From assembly GCA_033764505.1 (NCBI GenBank), contig JANRIW010000027.1:100720-164719 (forward strand): a DNA stretch of 64,000 bases, read 5' to 3'. The translations under genes were made by a program, and so were the position numbers. The stretch is from Gemmatimonadales bacterium (GTDB taxonomy: Bacteria; Gemmatimonadota; Gemmatimonadetes; Gemmatimonadales; GWC2-71-9). This document shows positions 27,338 through 38,481 of the stretch, one piece after another. The notes beneath the pieces were generated by a model, which did no database searches, was not told where the DNA came from, and saw only the letters and a program-made list of their open reading frames with translations. Within the stretch, counting starts at the first letter, position 1; the number at the start of each line of letters is the position of its first letter.

Positions 27338-27608
27338 TGGAACCTCTGGTGCGTCGGGGGTGAACAGCAAGGCGCCCCGGCGATCTCCGAAGAGAGGGCC
27401 GGGGCGCCGCGCCGACTGTCGTCGGCTGGTCGTGACTACGCAGGGATGCGCAGCGGCCCGTCCGTCTCTCCCGTGGGAGTTCCGGTCGCAAGAAGTCGGC
27501 GCATGAACATTCGAACGGCGCGCGCGGGCTGTGGCATTCCCTGCTCCTCTGGTAGTTCAGGACCCCCGAACACGAAAAAACGCCGGGGGCAATACTGCCG
27601 CCAGGCGT
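27338..27608 (-). promoter_or_regulatory. long structured 5' leader of metX-metB (riboswitch/attenuator candidate, class undetermined)
   Basis: About 240-270 nt lie between the candidate promoter and the start codon, with several stable hairpins (CCCCCG..CGGGGG, GCCGAC-GACA-GTCGGC, and the 11-bp terminal hairpin). No coding potential recognised. Confidence 0.35.
27371..27408 (-). terminator. attenuator-like hairpin in the metX leader
   Basis: Perfect 11-bp GC stem (GGCGCCCCGGC / GCCGGGGCGCC) with a 16-nt loop, followed on the minus strand by UUGCUGUU. Confidence 0.4.
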
Positions 27609-27615
27609 CCTGTGC

Positions 27616-27644
27616 ACTTTAGCATTTGTTTAACGTGGCTGCAA
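27616..27644 (-). promoter_or_regulatory. candidate sigma70-type promoter of metX
   Basis: On the minus strand TTGCAG, 17-nt spacer, TAAAGT, inside a conspicuous AT-rich island (ttaaacaaatgctaaagt). Confidence 0.35.
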
Positions 27645-27720
27645 GCAGCGGCAAATCACCACGGGGGCAAGACGATTGTGGAAGCATTGTACGCGAAGGG
27701 CAGATGGTCGTCAAGGGATC

Positions 27721-27830
27721 GAGAAGCGAGAAGCGAGAAGCGAGGGGCGGAGACCGGGAGTTGACGCGAGCGATCCAATCACCGAAACTCGAGTGGTCCC
27801 ACGCTTCTCGCCTCTCGCTTCTCGCTTCTC
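27721..27830. repeat. inverted heptamer arrays (GAGAAGC)3+GAGGGGC ... (GCTTCTC-type)4
   Basis: Left array 27721-27748, 54-nt spacer, right array 27803-27830 (GCTTCTC GCCTCTC GCTTCTC GCTTCTC). The arms are near-perfect reverse complements. Confidence 0.9.
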
Positions 27831-27861
27831 GGCTTTCTGACTCTCACCGCCAGGCCACCCC

Positions 27862-28284
27862 ATGTCTGCCATCCCCCCCTTCCACCTCGCCTTCCCCGTG
27901 GACGACCTCGATGCCGCGCGCCGCTTCTACGGCGGATTGCTCGGCTGTGCCGAGGGACGTTCGTCCGACCAATGGGTGGACTTCAACTTCCAGGGGCACC
28001 AGATCGTGGCGCACCTCGCCCCGGAGGAGCTCGGCCGGACGGCGGCCAACCAGGTGGACGGTCACGCCGTCCCGGTGCGGCACTTCGGCCTGATCCTCGA
28101 GTGGGAGGCGTGGCACCAGCTGGCCGATCGGCTCCGCGCGGAGGGGATCCACTTCATCATCGAACCCGGGATCCGCTTTGTGGGGCAAGTCGGGGAACAG
28201 GCAACGATGTTCTTCCTGGACCCGGCGGGCAACGCCATCGAGTTCAAGTCGTTCCGCGATCCCTCGCAGACGTTCGCGCGGTAG
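27862..28284 (+). CDS. VOC-family (glyoxalase/dioxygenase fold) protein
   Basis: 140 aa. [22 protein letters not shown] at the N-terminus and [12 protein letters not shown] at the C-terminus are typical VOC beta-alpha-beta modules. Confidence 0.75.
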   Translation: MSAIPPFHLAFPVDDLDAARRFYGGLLGCAEGRSSDQWVDFNFQGHQIVAHLAPEELGRTAANQVDGHAVPVRHFGLILEWEAWHQLADRLRAEGIHFIIEPGIRFVGQVGEQATMFFLDPAGNAIEFKSFRDPSQTFAR

Positions 28285-28293
28285 GGCGGCGAC

Positions 28294-28893
28294 GTGACCG
28301 CCGCCTACCTCCTGGCCACGATCCTCGGCGTCGGGTTGCTGCTCTTCTCCTCGTTCGGCGGAGGCGACAGCGCGAGTGACGGCGGCGACGTGACCGACCT
28401 TGCCGGAGACGGCGCGGTCGGTCACGACCTCGACGCCGGCCCGGGCGGCGCGAGCCACGTCCTCATCGGCCTCTTCAGTATCCGCAACATCACGTTCTTC
28501 CTCGCGGCGTTTGGCAGCACCGGCCTGCTGCTGACCGCGCTTGATGCTGGCGCGAACCGCACCGCCGTGCTGGCCACGTTGCTCGGCCTCACCGGGCTCG
28601 GCCTGTCGCACGCCGTCTTCACCTGGCTGCGCCGCAGCGACGCGTCGGTGGAGGCGCCGGGTGACCGCGACTTCGAGGGAGCCCTCGGACGCATCGTGCT
28701 GCCGGTGTCCGCGGAGAATCGCGGCCAGGTGGCATGCGTGATCGGGGGCCGCGAGTGCTACCTGACCGCCTCGCTCGCCGACGGCGTGGACCAGCCGCTC
28801 GCGATTGGACAAGAGGTTATCATTGTGGCTTCCCATGACGGCGTGGTCCGCGTCATGCCCGCCAGTTCGCTCGACCTCCCCTCCACCACGTGA
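28294..28893 (+). CDS. NfeD-like membrane protein
   Basis: N-terminal TM helices and a C-terminal soluble OB-like domain (GRIVLPVSAENRGQVACVI...GQEVIIVASHDGVVRV). Its stop overlaps the flotillin gene start. Confidence 0.6.
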   Translation: MTAAYLLATILGVGLLLFSSFGGGDSASDGGDVTDLAGDGAVGHDLDAGPGGASHVLIGLFSIRNITFFLAAFGSTGLLLTALDAGANRTAVLATLLGLTGLGLSHAVFTWLRRSDASVEAPGDRDFEGALGRIVLPVSAENRGQVACVIGGRECYLTASLADGVDQPLAIGQEVIIVASHDGVVRVMPASSLDLPSTT

Positions 28894-30179
28894 GGCCGGA
28901 CATGGATCTCGCCGTTGCCGCCGCGATGGGTGCCGTGTTTCTCGGCATTCTCCTCGCCATCACCATCGCCGTCAAGACGCTGATCGTGATCTGTCTCCCC
29001 AACGAGATGGTCGTGATCACCGGGCGTCGGCGGATGATGCCCGATGGTCGGGAGATCGGCTACCGGATTCTGCGCGGTGGTCGGACGCTGCGCATTCCGC
29101 TGATCGAGCGCGTGTCGCGCATCGACCTGCGGACCATCCCGATCGAGGTCGCGGTGCGCAACGCCTACTCGATGGGCGGCATCCCGCTGCTCGTGCAGGG
29201 CATCGCCAACGTCAAGGTGAGCGGCCGCGACCCGACGTCGCACAACGCGGTGGAGTGCCTGCTCGACAAGCCGTTCGGCGAGGTGATGCAGATCGCCAAG
29301 GACACGCTCGAGGGGAACCTCCGCGGCGTGCTGGCGACGCTCACGCCGGAGGAGGTCAACGAGGACCGCCTCAAGTTCGCGCAGCGGCTGATCGAGGAGG
29401 CCGACGAGGACCTGCGGAAGCTCGGCCTCGAGCTCGACACCCTCAAGATCCAGAACGTCACCGACGAGGTGAACTACCTCGGCTCGATCGGACGGCAGAA
29501 GACGGCGGAGATTCTCAAGATCTCGCGTGTCGCCGAGGCGCAGCGCGATGCCGAGGCCGAGCAGACCGAGGCCGCGTCGCGGCAGGCGGCACAGGTGGCA
29601 TCGCTGCAAGCCGACCTCCGCATCGCCGAGGAGAGCAACCGGCTTCGCGTTCGCCGGGCCGAACTGGAGGGAGAGGCCGTGGCGCGCGAGGCCGAGGCGG
29701 CGGTGGCCGGCGAGAAGGCACGCGTCGTGGCGCAGCAGGCGCTGCAGCAGGAACGCATTTCGTTGGAGCAGCGTCGGCTCGAGGCCGACGTGCTGTTGCC
29801 GGCGCGCGCCGAGCAGGAGGCATCCGAGGCGCGGGCACGCGGTGCCGCGGCCAGCATCGCCGAAGACGGCAAGGCCAAGCTCTACGTGCTCGAGCAGACC
29901 ATCAAGCTGTATCAGGGCGCCGGGACCGACGCCGAGCGGATCTTCATCCTCAACATGCTGCCCGAGATCATTGCCCAGATCAGCGGGTCGGTCGGCGAGA
30001 TGTCGATCGACAAGGTCACGGTGTTCGACTCCGGCAATGGCGCGACCGGCGTGGCGAATGCCGCCGGTCAGCTGCCGACCGCCATCATCCAGTTGACCAA
30101 GCAGATCGAAGCGGCCACGGGGGTCAACATCCTCAGCCGACTGCAGCAGACCCCCCCGCCGGCGACTCCCGGCGCGTAA
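28890..30179 (+). CDS. flotillin / SPFH (band 7) domain protein
   Basis: N-terminal TM helix, SPFH domain, and a long Ala/Glu-rich coiled-coil (AEAQRDAEAEQTEAASRQAAQ...). Pairing with NfeD is typical. Confidence 0.85.
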   Translation: MRPDMDLAVAAAMGAVFLGILLAITIAVKTLIVICLPNEMVVITGRRRMMPDGREIGYRILRGGRTLRIPLIERVSRIDLRTIPIEVAVRNAYSMGGIPLLVQGIANVKVSGRDPTSHNAVECLLDKPFGEVMQIAKDTLEGNLRGVLATLTPEEVNEDRLKFAQRLIEEADEDLRKLGLELDTLKIQNVTDEVNYLGSIGRQKTAEILKISRVAEAQRDAEAEQTEAASRQAAQVASLQADLRIAEESNRLRVRRAELEGEAVAREAEAAVAGEKARVVAQQALQQERISLEQRRLEADVLLPARAEQEASEARARGAAASIAEDGKAKLYVLEQTIKLYQGAGTDAERIFILNMLPEIIAQISGSVGEMSIDKVTVFDSGNGATGVANAAGQLPTAIIQLTKQIEAATGVNILSRLQQTPPPATPGA

Positions 30180-30240
30180 CCGGCCCGCGTCTTGCTCCCT
30201 CCCCTGTCCCTCCGGCAATTCAAGCCCACCTGACCGAAAT

Positions 30241-30259
30241 CCCCCCCAAAAGGGGGGGG
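30241..30259 (+). terminator. C7-A4-G8 hairpin downstream of the flotillin gene
   Basis: cccccccaaaagggggggg lies 62 nt after the stop codon. No T-tract follows. Confidence 0.35.
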
Positions 30260-30405
30260 CTGGTGGCGTGAGTTGTTGGGCGGGGCCCACGGCGCTGTGG
30301 CACATTCGCCACGCTTGGGTGTTGCCGGACTTCGTCCGATACCCGAAGTTGGTCCCCCGGGGCGGTCCTCGCCCGGCCATTCCAGACATCTCCTCAGGAG
30401 TCCCC

Positions 30406-31929
<1,524 letters not shown>

Positions 31930-31960
31930 GCCGCGCGGCAGGCATCACGACAGACACGAC

Positions 31961-31991
31961 AACGGGGGGCCGCGCATCGCGGCCCCCCGTT
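31961..31991. terminator. bidirectional stem-loop between convergent genes
   Basis: Perfect 14-bp stem aacggggggccgcg / cgcggccccccgtt with a 3-nt apex, between the S8 protease and DPP-IV gene ends. Confidence 0.6.
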
Positions 31992-32014
31992 GCTCTGTCC
32001 GGTGTGGCTCCGGC

Positions 32015-34123
32015 TCAGGACACCGGCGAGCCCTTCATCACCAGGTTCTCGATGAAGAACTCCATCATCCGCTGCTGGTTCACGGCGGTGTGCCCGGCAT
32101 CCGGCCCCACCTGCACCTCGAAGCTCTTGCCCGCGGCCTGCAAGGCCTTGATCAGCTGCATCGAGTTGTTCGGGTGCACGTTGTTGTCGGCCGTCCCGTA
32201 GTAGATCAGCAGCCGACCCTTGAGGTCCTTGGCGTAGGTCATCGCCGATCCGGCCGTGTAGCCCGCCGTGTTCTCCTGCGGGATCCACATGTAGCGCTCG
32301 GTATAGATCGTGTCGTAGTGGTTCCACGCGGTCACGGCCGAGGACGCCGCGGCCGCGGCCACGAGATTCGGGAAGCGCAGCAGCATCATCGCCGAGGTGT
32401 AGCCGCCGTACGAGGTGCCGAAGATCCCGACGCGCGCGCCGTCGATGTACGGCCGCGTGGCGAGTGCCTTCAACCCCTCGGCCATGTCGTCCATCTCGGT
32501 GGTGCCGAGCTTCTCGTAGAGCGCGTCGAGCGTGCGCTTCCCCATGCCCGGCGCGGCGCGCGAGTCGAGATTCACGACGATGAAGCCATACTCGGTCATC
32601 GACGAGGGAACCGACCAGGTCTCGCGCGCGGTGCTGCTCGCCGAGGCGGGACCACCGTAGACCGGCATGAGGACCGGGTACTTCCGGGCGGGATCGAAGT
32701 TGGACGGGTAGTGGATCAGCCCGCGCAACGTGGTCTTCCCGTCGGCCGCGAGGAAGGTGAACATCTCGACCTTCTTGAGGCCGAGCGCGTTGAACTTGGT
32801 GAGGTCCGACTCCGCCAGCGTCGCCACGGGCTTGCCGGAGGCGTCCAGCACGCGGGTGACGGGCGCCATGTTGTGCGCCTGGGCCACGTCCACGATGAAC
32901 TTGGCATCGGGCGAGAGATTGACGGTGTGATGGAGCGTCGGATCGGTGAGGCGCACGTTGCCCTTGCCGTTGAGCCCGACGCGGTGCAGCTGGAGCTTGA
33001 GGTAGTTGTCGCCGCTGCGCGCCATGTACCAGAGCACGCCGGCCGCCTCGTCGAGCTTGACGATGTTGGCCACCTCGAACTCATGCTGGGTCAGCGGTGC
33101 GATCAGCTTCCCCGAGAGGTCGTAGAGGTAGAAGTTCCTGAAGCCGTTGCGCTCCGACACCCAGAGGAAACGGTTGTTGTCGGCGAGCCACGTCATCTGC
33201 GGCCGATTCTCGACCCAACCCGTCGGCCACTCCTCACGGATCACCACGCGGCACTTGGCGGTCTCCGGCGAGCAGGCCGCGAACTCCATCACGTTCTGGC
33301 GACGGTTGGTGCGGTTGACCAGCAGCTCCTTGCCGTCGGGCGACCAGCGCACGTTGTAGACGTAGTGCCCCACGACATCGTTGCTCCACGGCTTGCCGTC
33401 GCGGATGTCGAGCTTGACCGACTGCTTGCTGACCACGTCGTAGACGAAGATGTCCACGACCGGATTGTCCACGCCGGCCTTGGGGTATGCCTCGACGTCG
33501 AGCGTCGACTGCACCTTGGTCTGGTCCATCTGCAGGAAGAAGTCGGGCACCGGCTTCTCGTCGAAGCGGTAGTACGCCACCTTGGTGCTCGAGGGATTCC
33601 ACCACATCGCCGTGGTCTGGCTCAGCTCCTCGCCGTACACCCAGCTCGCGGTGCCGTACTTGATCCGCTCCTTCTCGCTGCCATCCGTGGTGATCGGGGT
33701 GGCGTTGTTGCCGGCGCTGTCGGCCATGAAGAGGTTGCGGTCGCGGTAGATGGTCTTGAGCTGGCCGTTCGGCGCCACGGCCTCGGTCGCCTGCCGTCCG
33801 CGCTCGACGCCCGCCATCCCGCGCCCGCCGGCGCCGCGCCCGCCCGCGGGGGTCGCCGGCGTGCCGGGCGTGGTCACCTCGGCCACCTTCCGGGTGGCGG
33901 CGTCGAAGCGGAAGCGCTTGCCGTCCCACGCATACTCGAAGCCCTTCCCGCCGTCCACCCACTGCCCGTTGACCTGGCCGCTCTTCACGCTGCCGGCGAT
34001 CTGGGGGGCCATCCGGGTGTACTGCTCGTACCCCGGCATGTTCTTGAGGCGATCCTGCGCGGCCAGGGCGCCGGGGAGCGCCAGTGTCAGCAGCAAGGCG
34101 GAACGGATGTGCCGTGTCGTCAC
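32015..34123 (-). CDS. dipeptidyl-peptidase IV family serine peptidase (S9B)
   Basis: 702 aa. Signal peptide, DPP-IV N-terminal propeller region, and a C-terminal alpha/beta hydrolase with GIFGTSYGGY. Confidence 0.85.
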   Translation of the reverse strand: MTTRHIRSALLLTLALPGALAAQDRLKNMPGYEQYTRMAPQIAGSVKSGQVNGQWVDGGKGFEYAWDGKRFRFDAATRKVAEVTTPGTPATPAGGRGAGGRGMAGVERGRQATEAVAPNGQLKTIYRDRNLFMADSAGNNATPITTDGSEKERIKYGTASWVYGEELSQTTAMWWNPSSTKVAYYRFDEKPVPDFFLQMDQTKVQSTLDVEAYPKAGVDNPVVDIFVYDVVSKQSVKLDIRDGKPWSNDVVGHYVYNVRWSPDGKELLVNRTNRRQNVMEFAACSPETAKCRVVIREEWPTGWVENRPQMTWLADNNRFLWVSERNGFRNFYLYDLSGKLIAPLTQHEFEVANIVKLDEAAGVLWYMARSGDNYLKLQLHRVGLNGKGNVRLTDPTLHHTVNLSPDAKFIVDVAQAHNMAPVTRVLDASGKPVATLAESDLTKFNALGLKKVEMFTFLAADGKTTLRGLIHYPSNFDPARKYPVLMPVYGGPASASSTARETWSVPSSMTEYGFIVVNLDSRAAPGMGKRTLDALYEKLGTTEMDDMAEGLKALATRPYIDGARVGIFGTSYGGYTSAMMLLRFPNLVAAAAASSAVTAWNHYDTIYTERYMWIPQENTAGYTAGSAMTYAKDLKGRLLIYYGTADNNVHPNNSMQLIKALQAAGKSFEVQVGPDAGHTAVNQQRMMEFFIENLVMKGSPVS

Positions 34124-34196
34124 GTCGGAAACTCCGGGAGCGGTGGACTGGGGGTTGGGGAACAGTGGAGATACGCGCGGGGGAGGGAAAAGTTTG

Positions 34197-34324
34197 GGTG
34201 AACGGTGAACGGTGAACGGGGGTGCTGGTGAGGGGTGAGGGGTGAGGGGTGCTCAGTCTCTCCCCCCTCACTCCTCACCCAGCGCGGCGGTTGGCCGCGC
34301 CCCGTTCACCGTTCACCGTTCACC
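34197..34324. repeat. nested inverted heptamer arrays: (GGTGAAC)3 ... (GGTGAGG)3 / CCTCAC units ... (GTTCACC)3
   Basis: Outer arms 34197-34217 and 34304-34324 are perfect 21-nt reverse complements. An inner GGTGAGG array (34227-34247) faces cccctcactcctcaccc (34264-34280). There is also a GCGCGGC-ggttg-GCCGCGC hairpin at 34282-34300. Confidence 0.9.
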
Positions 34325-34331
34325 TGCCCCG

Positions 34332-34859
34332 CTACTTCGCCAGCTGAATCGCCGCCTTCAAATCATCATACGCCGTCGGGTCGATCTCGCGGAACGGCCG
34401 CATCACCTTGGCGATCTTGCCATCCTTGCCGATCACGAAGAGCACCCGGCTGTCCACGGTCCCGGCCGGGTTGGCCACGGCAAACGCCCGCCCGATGTTG
34501 CCGCCCACATCCGAGCCGAAGCGGAACGGGAACGCCTCGTCCTTGGCCCACGCGGCCAGGGCCTCGGGGGTGTCGGTCGAGATCGCGATGAGCTCGGCGT
34601 CCTTGCCGAAGAGCTCGTCGAAACGGTCGCGGTACGCCTTCATCTGGATGGTGCACCCGGAGGTGCGGGCCCGCGGGAAGAAGGCCAGCACCACGACCTT
34701 GCCCTTGAGCGAGGCGAGCGAGACCGGCTTCGAGGCGACACCATCCTTGCCCGCAACGGTCATCGAGACCGCCGGCGCGGCGTCACCCACGACGGGGCCC
34801 TGGGCCGTCAGCGCGGCCGGGAAGAGAAGCAGTGCAGCGAGGGAGAGGGAACGACGCAT
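34332..34859 (-). CDS. secreted peroxiredoxin (Bcp/AhpC-TSA family)
   Basis: Start at MRRSLSLAALLLFPAALTAQ. Peroxidatic Cys motif FFPRARTSGCT. Confidence 0.8.
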   Translation of the reverse strand: MRRSLSLAALLLFPAALTAQGPVVGDAAPAVSMTVAGKDGVASKPVSLASLKGKVVVLAFFPRARTSGCTIQMKAYRDRFDELFGKDAELIAISTDTPEALAAWAKDEAFPFRFGSDVGGNIGRAFAVANPAGTVDSRVLFVIGKDGKIAKVMRPFREIDPTAYDDLKAAIQLAK

Positions 34860-34926
34860 CGTGAGTGACCCGAAGTCGGAGTGGGGGCCGTGCGGACTGC
34901 CGCAGGAACCCCCAAAGATACCCCCG

Positions 34927-36153
34927 TCAGCGCGGCTCGATCCGGATGATCCGGGCATGGTCGTCGTCCGCCACGTACACCACGCCGTTGGGGGCGATGG
35001 CGACCCCAGCCGGCCTCAGGGAGCCCGGCTTGTCGGTGGTGCGCAGGAAGATCCGACGCTCCCCTGCCGGCAGCCCGGCTGCGTTGAGGGGCTGGAAGAG
35101 CACCATGTGGCCCGCCTCGGGGAGCGGAGCGCGCGTGCGAGACCCGTGGAAGGCCAGGAAGAGCCCGTTGCGCCAGGCCGCGGGGAGGGCCGCCGTGGCC
35201 GGCGCGATCGCCATCGGCGACCAGTGGCCGGGATACCCTGCTGCAGGCTGACTGCGCCGGTCACAGGCCGCTCCCCCCTCCTGCTTGTCGTACTCCGGCG
35301 CGACCATCAGCGTGGTGGCGCTGTCCCGCCACCGCCCCATGCAATAGGGCCAGCCAAAGTCCGCCCCCCGGGTGACCCGCAGCAGCAGCTCGGCCGGCTG
35401 ATTGGCCGACTCCTCGGCGCTCCAGCCCCAGGCCCGATTGAGGAAGTCCCGGCCGTGCGAGGCGGCCCAGAGTGTCCCAGTGGCCGGGTCGTGCGCCAGC
35501 GCCATCGCGTTGCGGAGTCCGGTGGCGTGCCGACTCCCGACCCACGCTGCCCCGGCCTTGGCCGGCGGGGTGAAGCGCCAGATCCCGGCGCGCGTCGAGA
35601 GTTCCGGGCACGGCCACAGCCCCTCCTGCGGCATGATCTCGGGGGAGGGCTGGCAGTTGTCGGTGGCTGAACCGATCGAGACATAGACCGCGCCGTCCGC
35701 GCCGACGGCGATGCCCTTCATGGTGTGGGCCCAGCCGCTGCTCCCCGCGGCAGGAAGCCCTTGGGCAATCCACTCCCCCTCGCCGGTCGGTGCACGCGCC
35801 GCCGCAGGCCAGGGAATCCGATAGACCCCGACGTCGGCCGCGAAGTAGACCCATCCGCCGGACCAGGTCACGCCGGTACCCCCTTCCCCGGGCCCGAAGC
35901 GGGTCACCACGTCGGCGATTCCGTCGCCGCTGGTGTCGGCCAACGCGACCAGTCCGGGGGGCAACTTGGTGGCGGCGATCACCACCCCGGTGGGGTGCAC
36001 CACCAGCTGCCGCACCGGCCCGACCTTCTCGGCGAAGGGGCGGACGCAGAAGCCGGCAGGGACGACGAGGGGGGTGAAGAAGCCGTCGCAGTCGCGTGAC
36101 TGGGCCGGGAGGGGAGCGGCGATGAGGAGGAGCAACAGGGGCAAGCGTCGCAT
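34927..36153 (-). CDS. PQQ-dependent sugar (sorbosone/glucose) dehydrogenase-like beta-propeller protein
   Basis: Start at MRRLPLLLLLIAAPLPAQ. The GADFGWPYC motif and propeller-like repeats match the soluble GSDH family. Confidence 0.6.
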   Translation of the reverse strand: MRRLPLLLLLIAAPLPAQSRDCDGFFTPLVVPAGFCVRPFAEKVGPVRQLVVHPTGVVIAATKLPPGLVALADTSGDGIADVVTRFGPGEGGTGVTWSGGWVYFAADVGVYRIPWPAAARAPTGEGEWIAQGLPAAGSSGWAHTMKGIAVGADGAVYVSIGSATDNCQPSPEIMPQEGLWPCPELSTRAGIWRFTPPAKAGAAWVGSRHATGLRNAMALAHDPATGTLWAASHGRDFLNRAWGWSAEESANQPAELLLRVTRGADFGWPYCMGRWRDSATTLMVAPEYDKQEGGAACDRRSQPAAGYPGHWSPMAIAPATAALPAAWRNGLFLAFHGSRTRAPLPEAGHMVLFQPLNAAGLPAGERRIFLRTTDKPGSLRPAGVAIAPNGVVYVADDDHARIIRIEPR

Positions 36154-36168
36154 CGGGCCTCGCTGCAG

Positions 36169-36203
36169 GGTCGTAGGTCGTAGGTCGTAAGTCGTAGGTC
36201 GCC
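36169..36203. repeat. solo tandem heptamer array (GGTCGTA)3-AGTCGTA-GGTCGCC
   Basis: Five period-7 units in the 67-nt divergent gap between the dehydrogenase-like gene and ettA. I found no inverted partner within the neighbouring sequence. Confidence 0.85.
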
Positions 36204-36205
36204 CG

Positions 36206-36213
36206 ACTATTTT
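36206..36213 (+). promoter_or_regulatory. ACTATTTT box 7 nt upstream of the ettA ATG (candidate -10 of a leaderless mRNA)
   Basis: gACTATTTTctcctccATG. No SD is present (the 7 nt are CTCCTCC). The same octamer with the same spacing occurs at aguB. Confidence 0.3.
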
Positions 36214-36220
36214 CTCCTCC

Positions 36221-37897
<1,677 letters not shown>

Positions 37898-37900
37898 CGC

Positions 37901-38032
37901 GAGAAGCGAGAAGCGAGAGACGAGAAGCGAGCCCGCGCGCAAAGATCCTTCCGCATGAGCTCGCTTCTCGCTTCTCGCTTCTCGCTTCTCGCTTCTCGCT
38001 TCTCGCTTCTCGCTTCTCGCTTCTCGCTTCTC
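37901..38032. repeat. inverted heptamer arrays (GAGAAGC-type)4 ... (GCTTCTC)10
   Basis: Left array 37901-37928 (third unit GAGAGAC), 34-nt spacer, then ten perfect GCTTCTC units at 37963-38032. It fills the whole gap between the ettA stop (37897) and the stop of the small minus-strand gene (38034). Confidence 0.92.
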
Positions 38033-38033
38033 G

Positions 38034-38183
38034 CTAGACGACCTTCCGCCCCGAAATGAGCCGCACCAGGAAAATCACGATGGCGATGACGAGCAGCAGG
38101 TGAATCAGGCCGCCGAGGGCATAGCCGGTGCCCATGCCGAGGGCCCACATGATGATCAGGATGATGGCGATGGTCTGCAGCAT
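38034..38183 (-). CDS. small membrane protein (lmo0937-like, about 49 aa)
   Basis: MLQTIAIILIIMWALGMGTGYALGGLIHLLLVIAIVIFLVRLISGRKVV has two hydrophobic helices. It is the C-terminal part of ORF 38034..38576, taken from the internal ATG. Confidence 0.6.
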   Translation of the reverse strand: MLQTIAIILIIMWALGMGTGYALGGLIHLLLVIAIVIFLVRLISGRKVV

Positions 38184-38481
38184 GGGACGTTCCTCGTGTG
38201 TGGTCGTGGCGCGGTGCGCGAGACCGTGGTGAACCAACGAAGCCTGACCGGACGGCCAAAGGTGGCGTCCAGTCTGCCCCGGGTGACGCGCCGCCGGGGG
38301 CGGTGGACACACCGTCCGGGAGGCTGTTCCGCTCCAGCGTGACGACGGCAAACACCCACTCCATCTGAGGATGGACGTTTCCGGAGCGCCGCAATCGCGA
38401 GGCAACGTTCCCTCCATCCGCCTCAGGCAGTAGCTTCCTCCGTCCCCATCCCGTTCCTCCGATCCACCGGAGTTCTCCGAC

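Noticed and set aside
27500-27525. The TTCGAAT-like sequence in the metX leader as a possible tRNA T-loop.
   Set aside because: No flanking T-stem complementarity, acceptor stem or anticodon arm could be drawn. I found no tRNA-like cloverleaf anywhere in the window.
27338-27608. A firm assignment of the metX leader to the SAM-I riboswitch family.
   Set aside because: Only partial core resemblance was found, and the GGCAACC, k-turn GAUGA and J3/4 elements are not evident by eye. It is kept as an unclassified candidate, not as an ncRNA call.
37901-38032. Heptamer arrays as a CRISPR array or as coding repeats (translated as REARSEKREARSEK...).
   Set aside because: The unit is only 7 nt with no spacers, so this is not CRISPR. 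The arrays sit between stop codons of flanking genes, and the repeat-derived ORFs (37894..38394, 27626..28093) have no start context or family resemblance.
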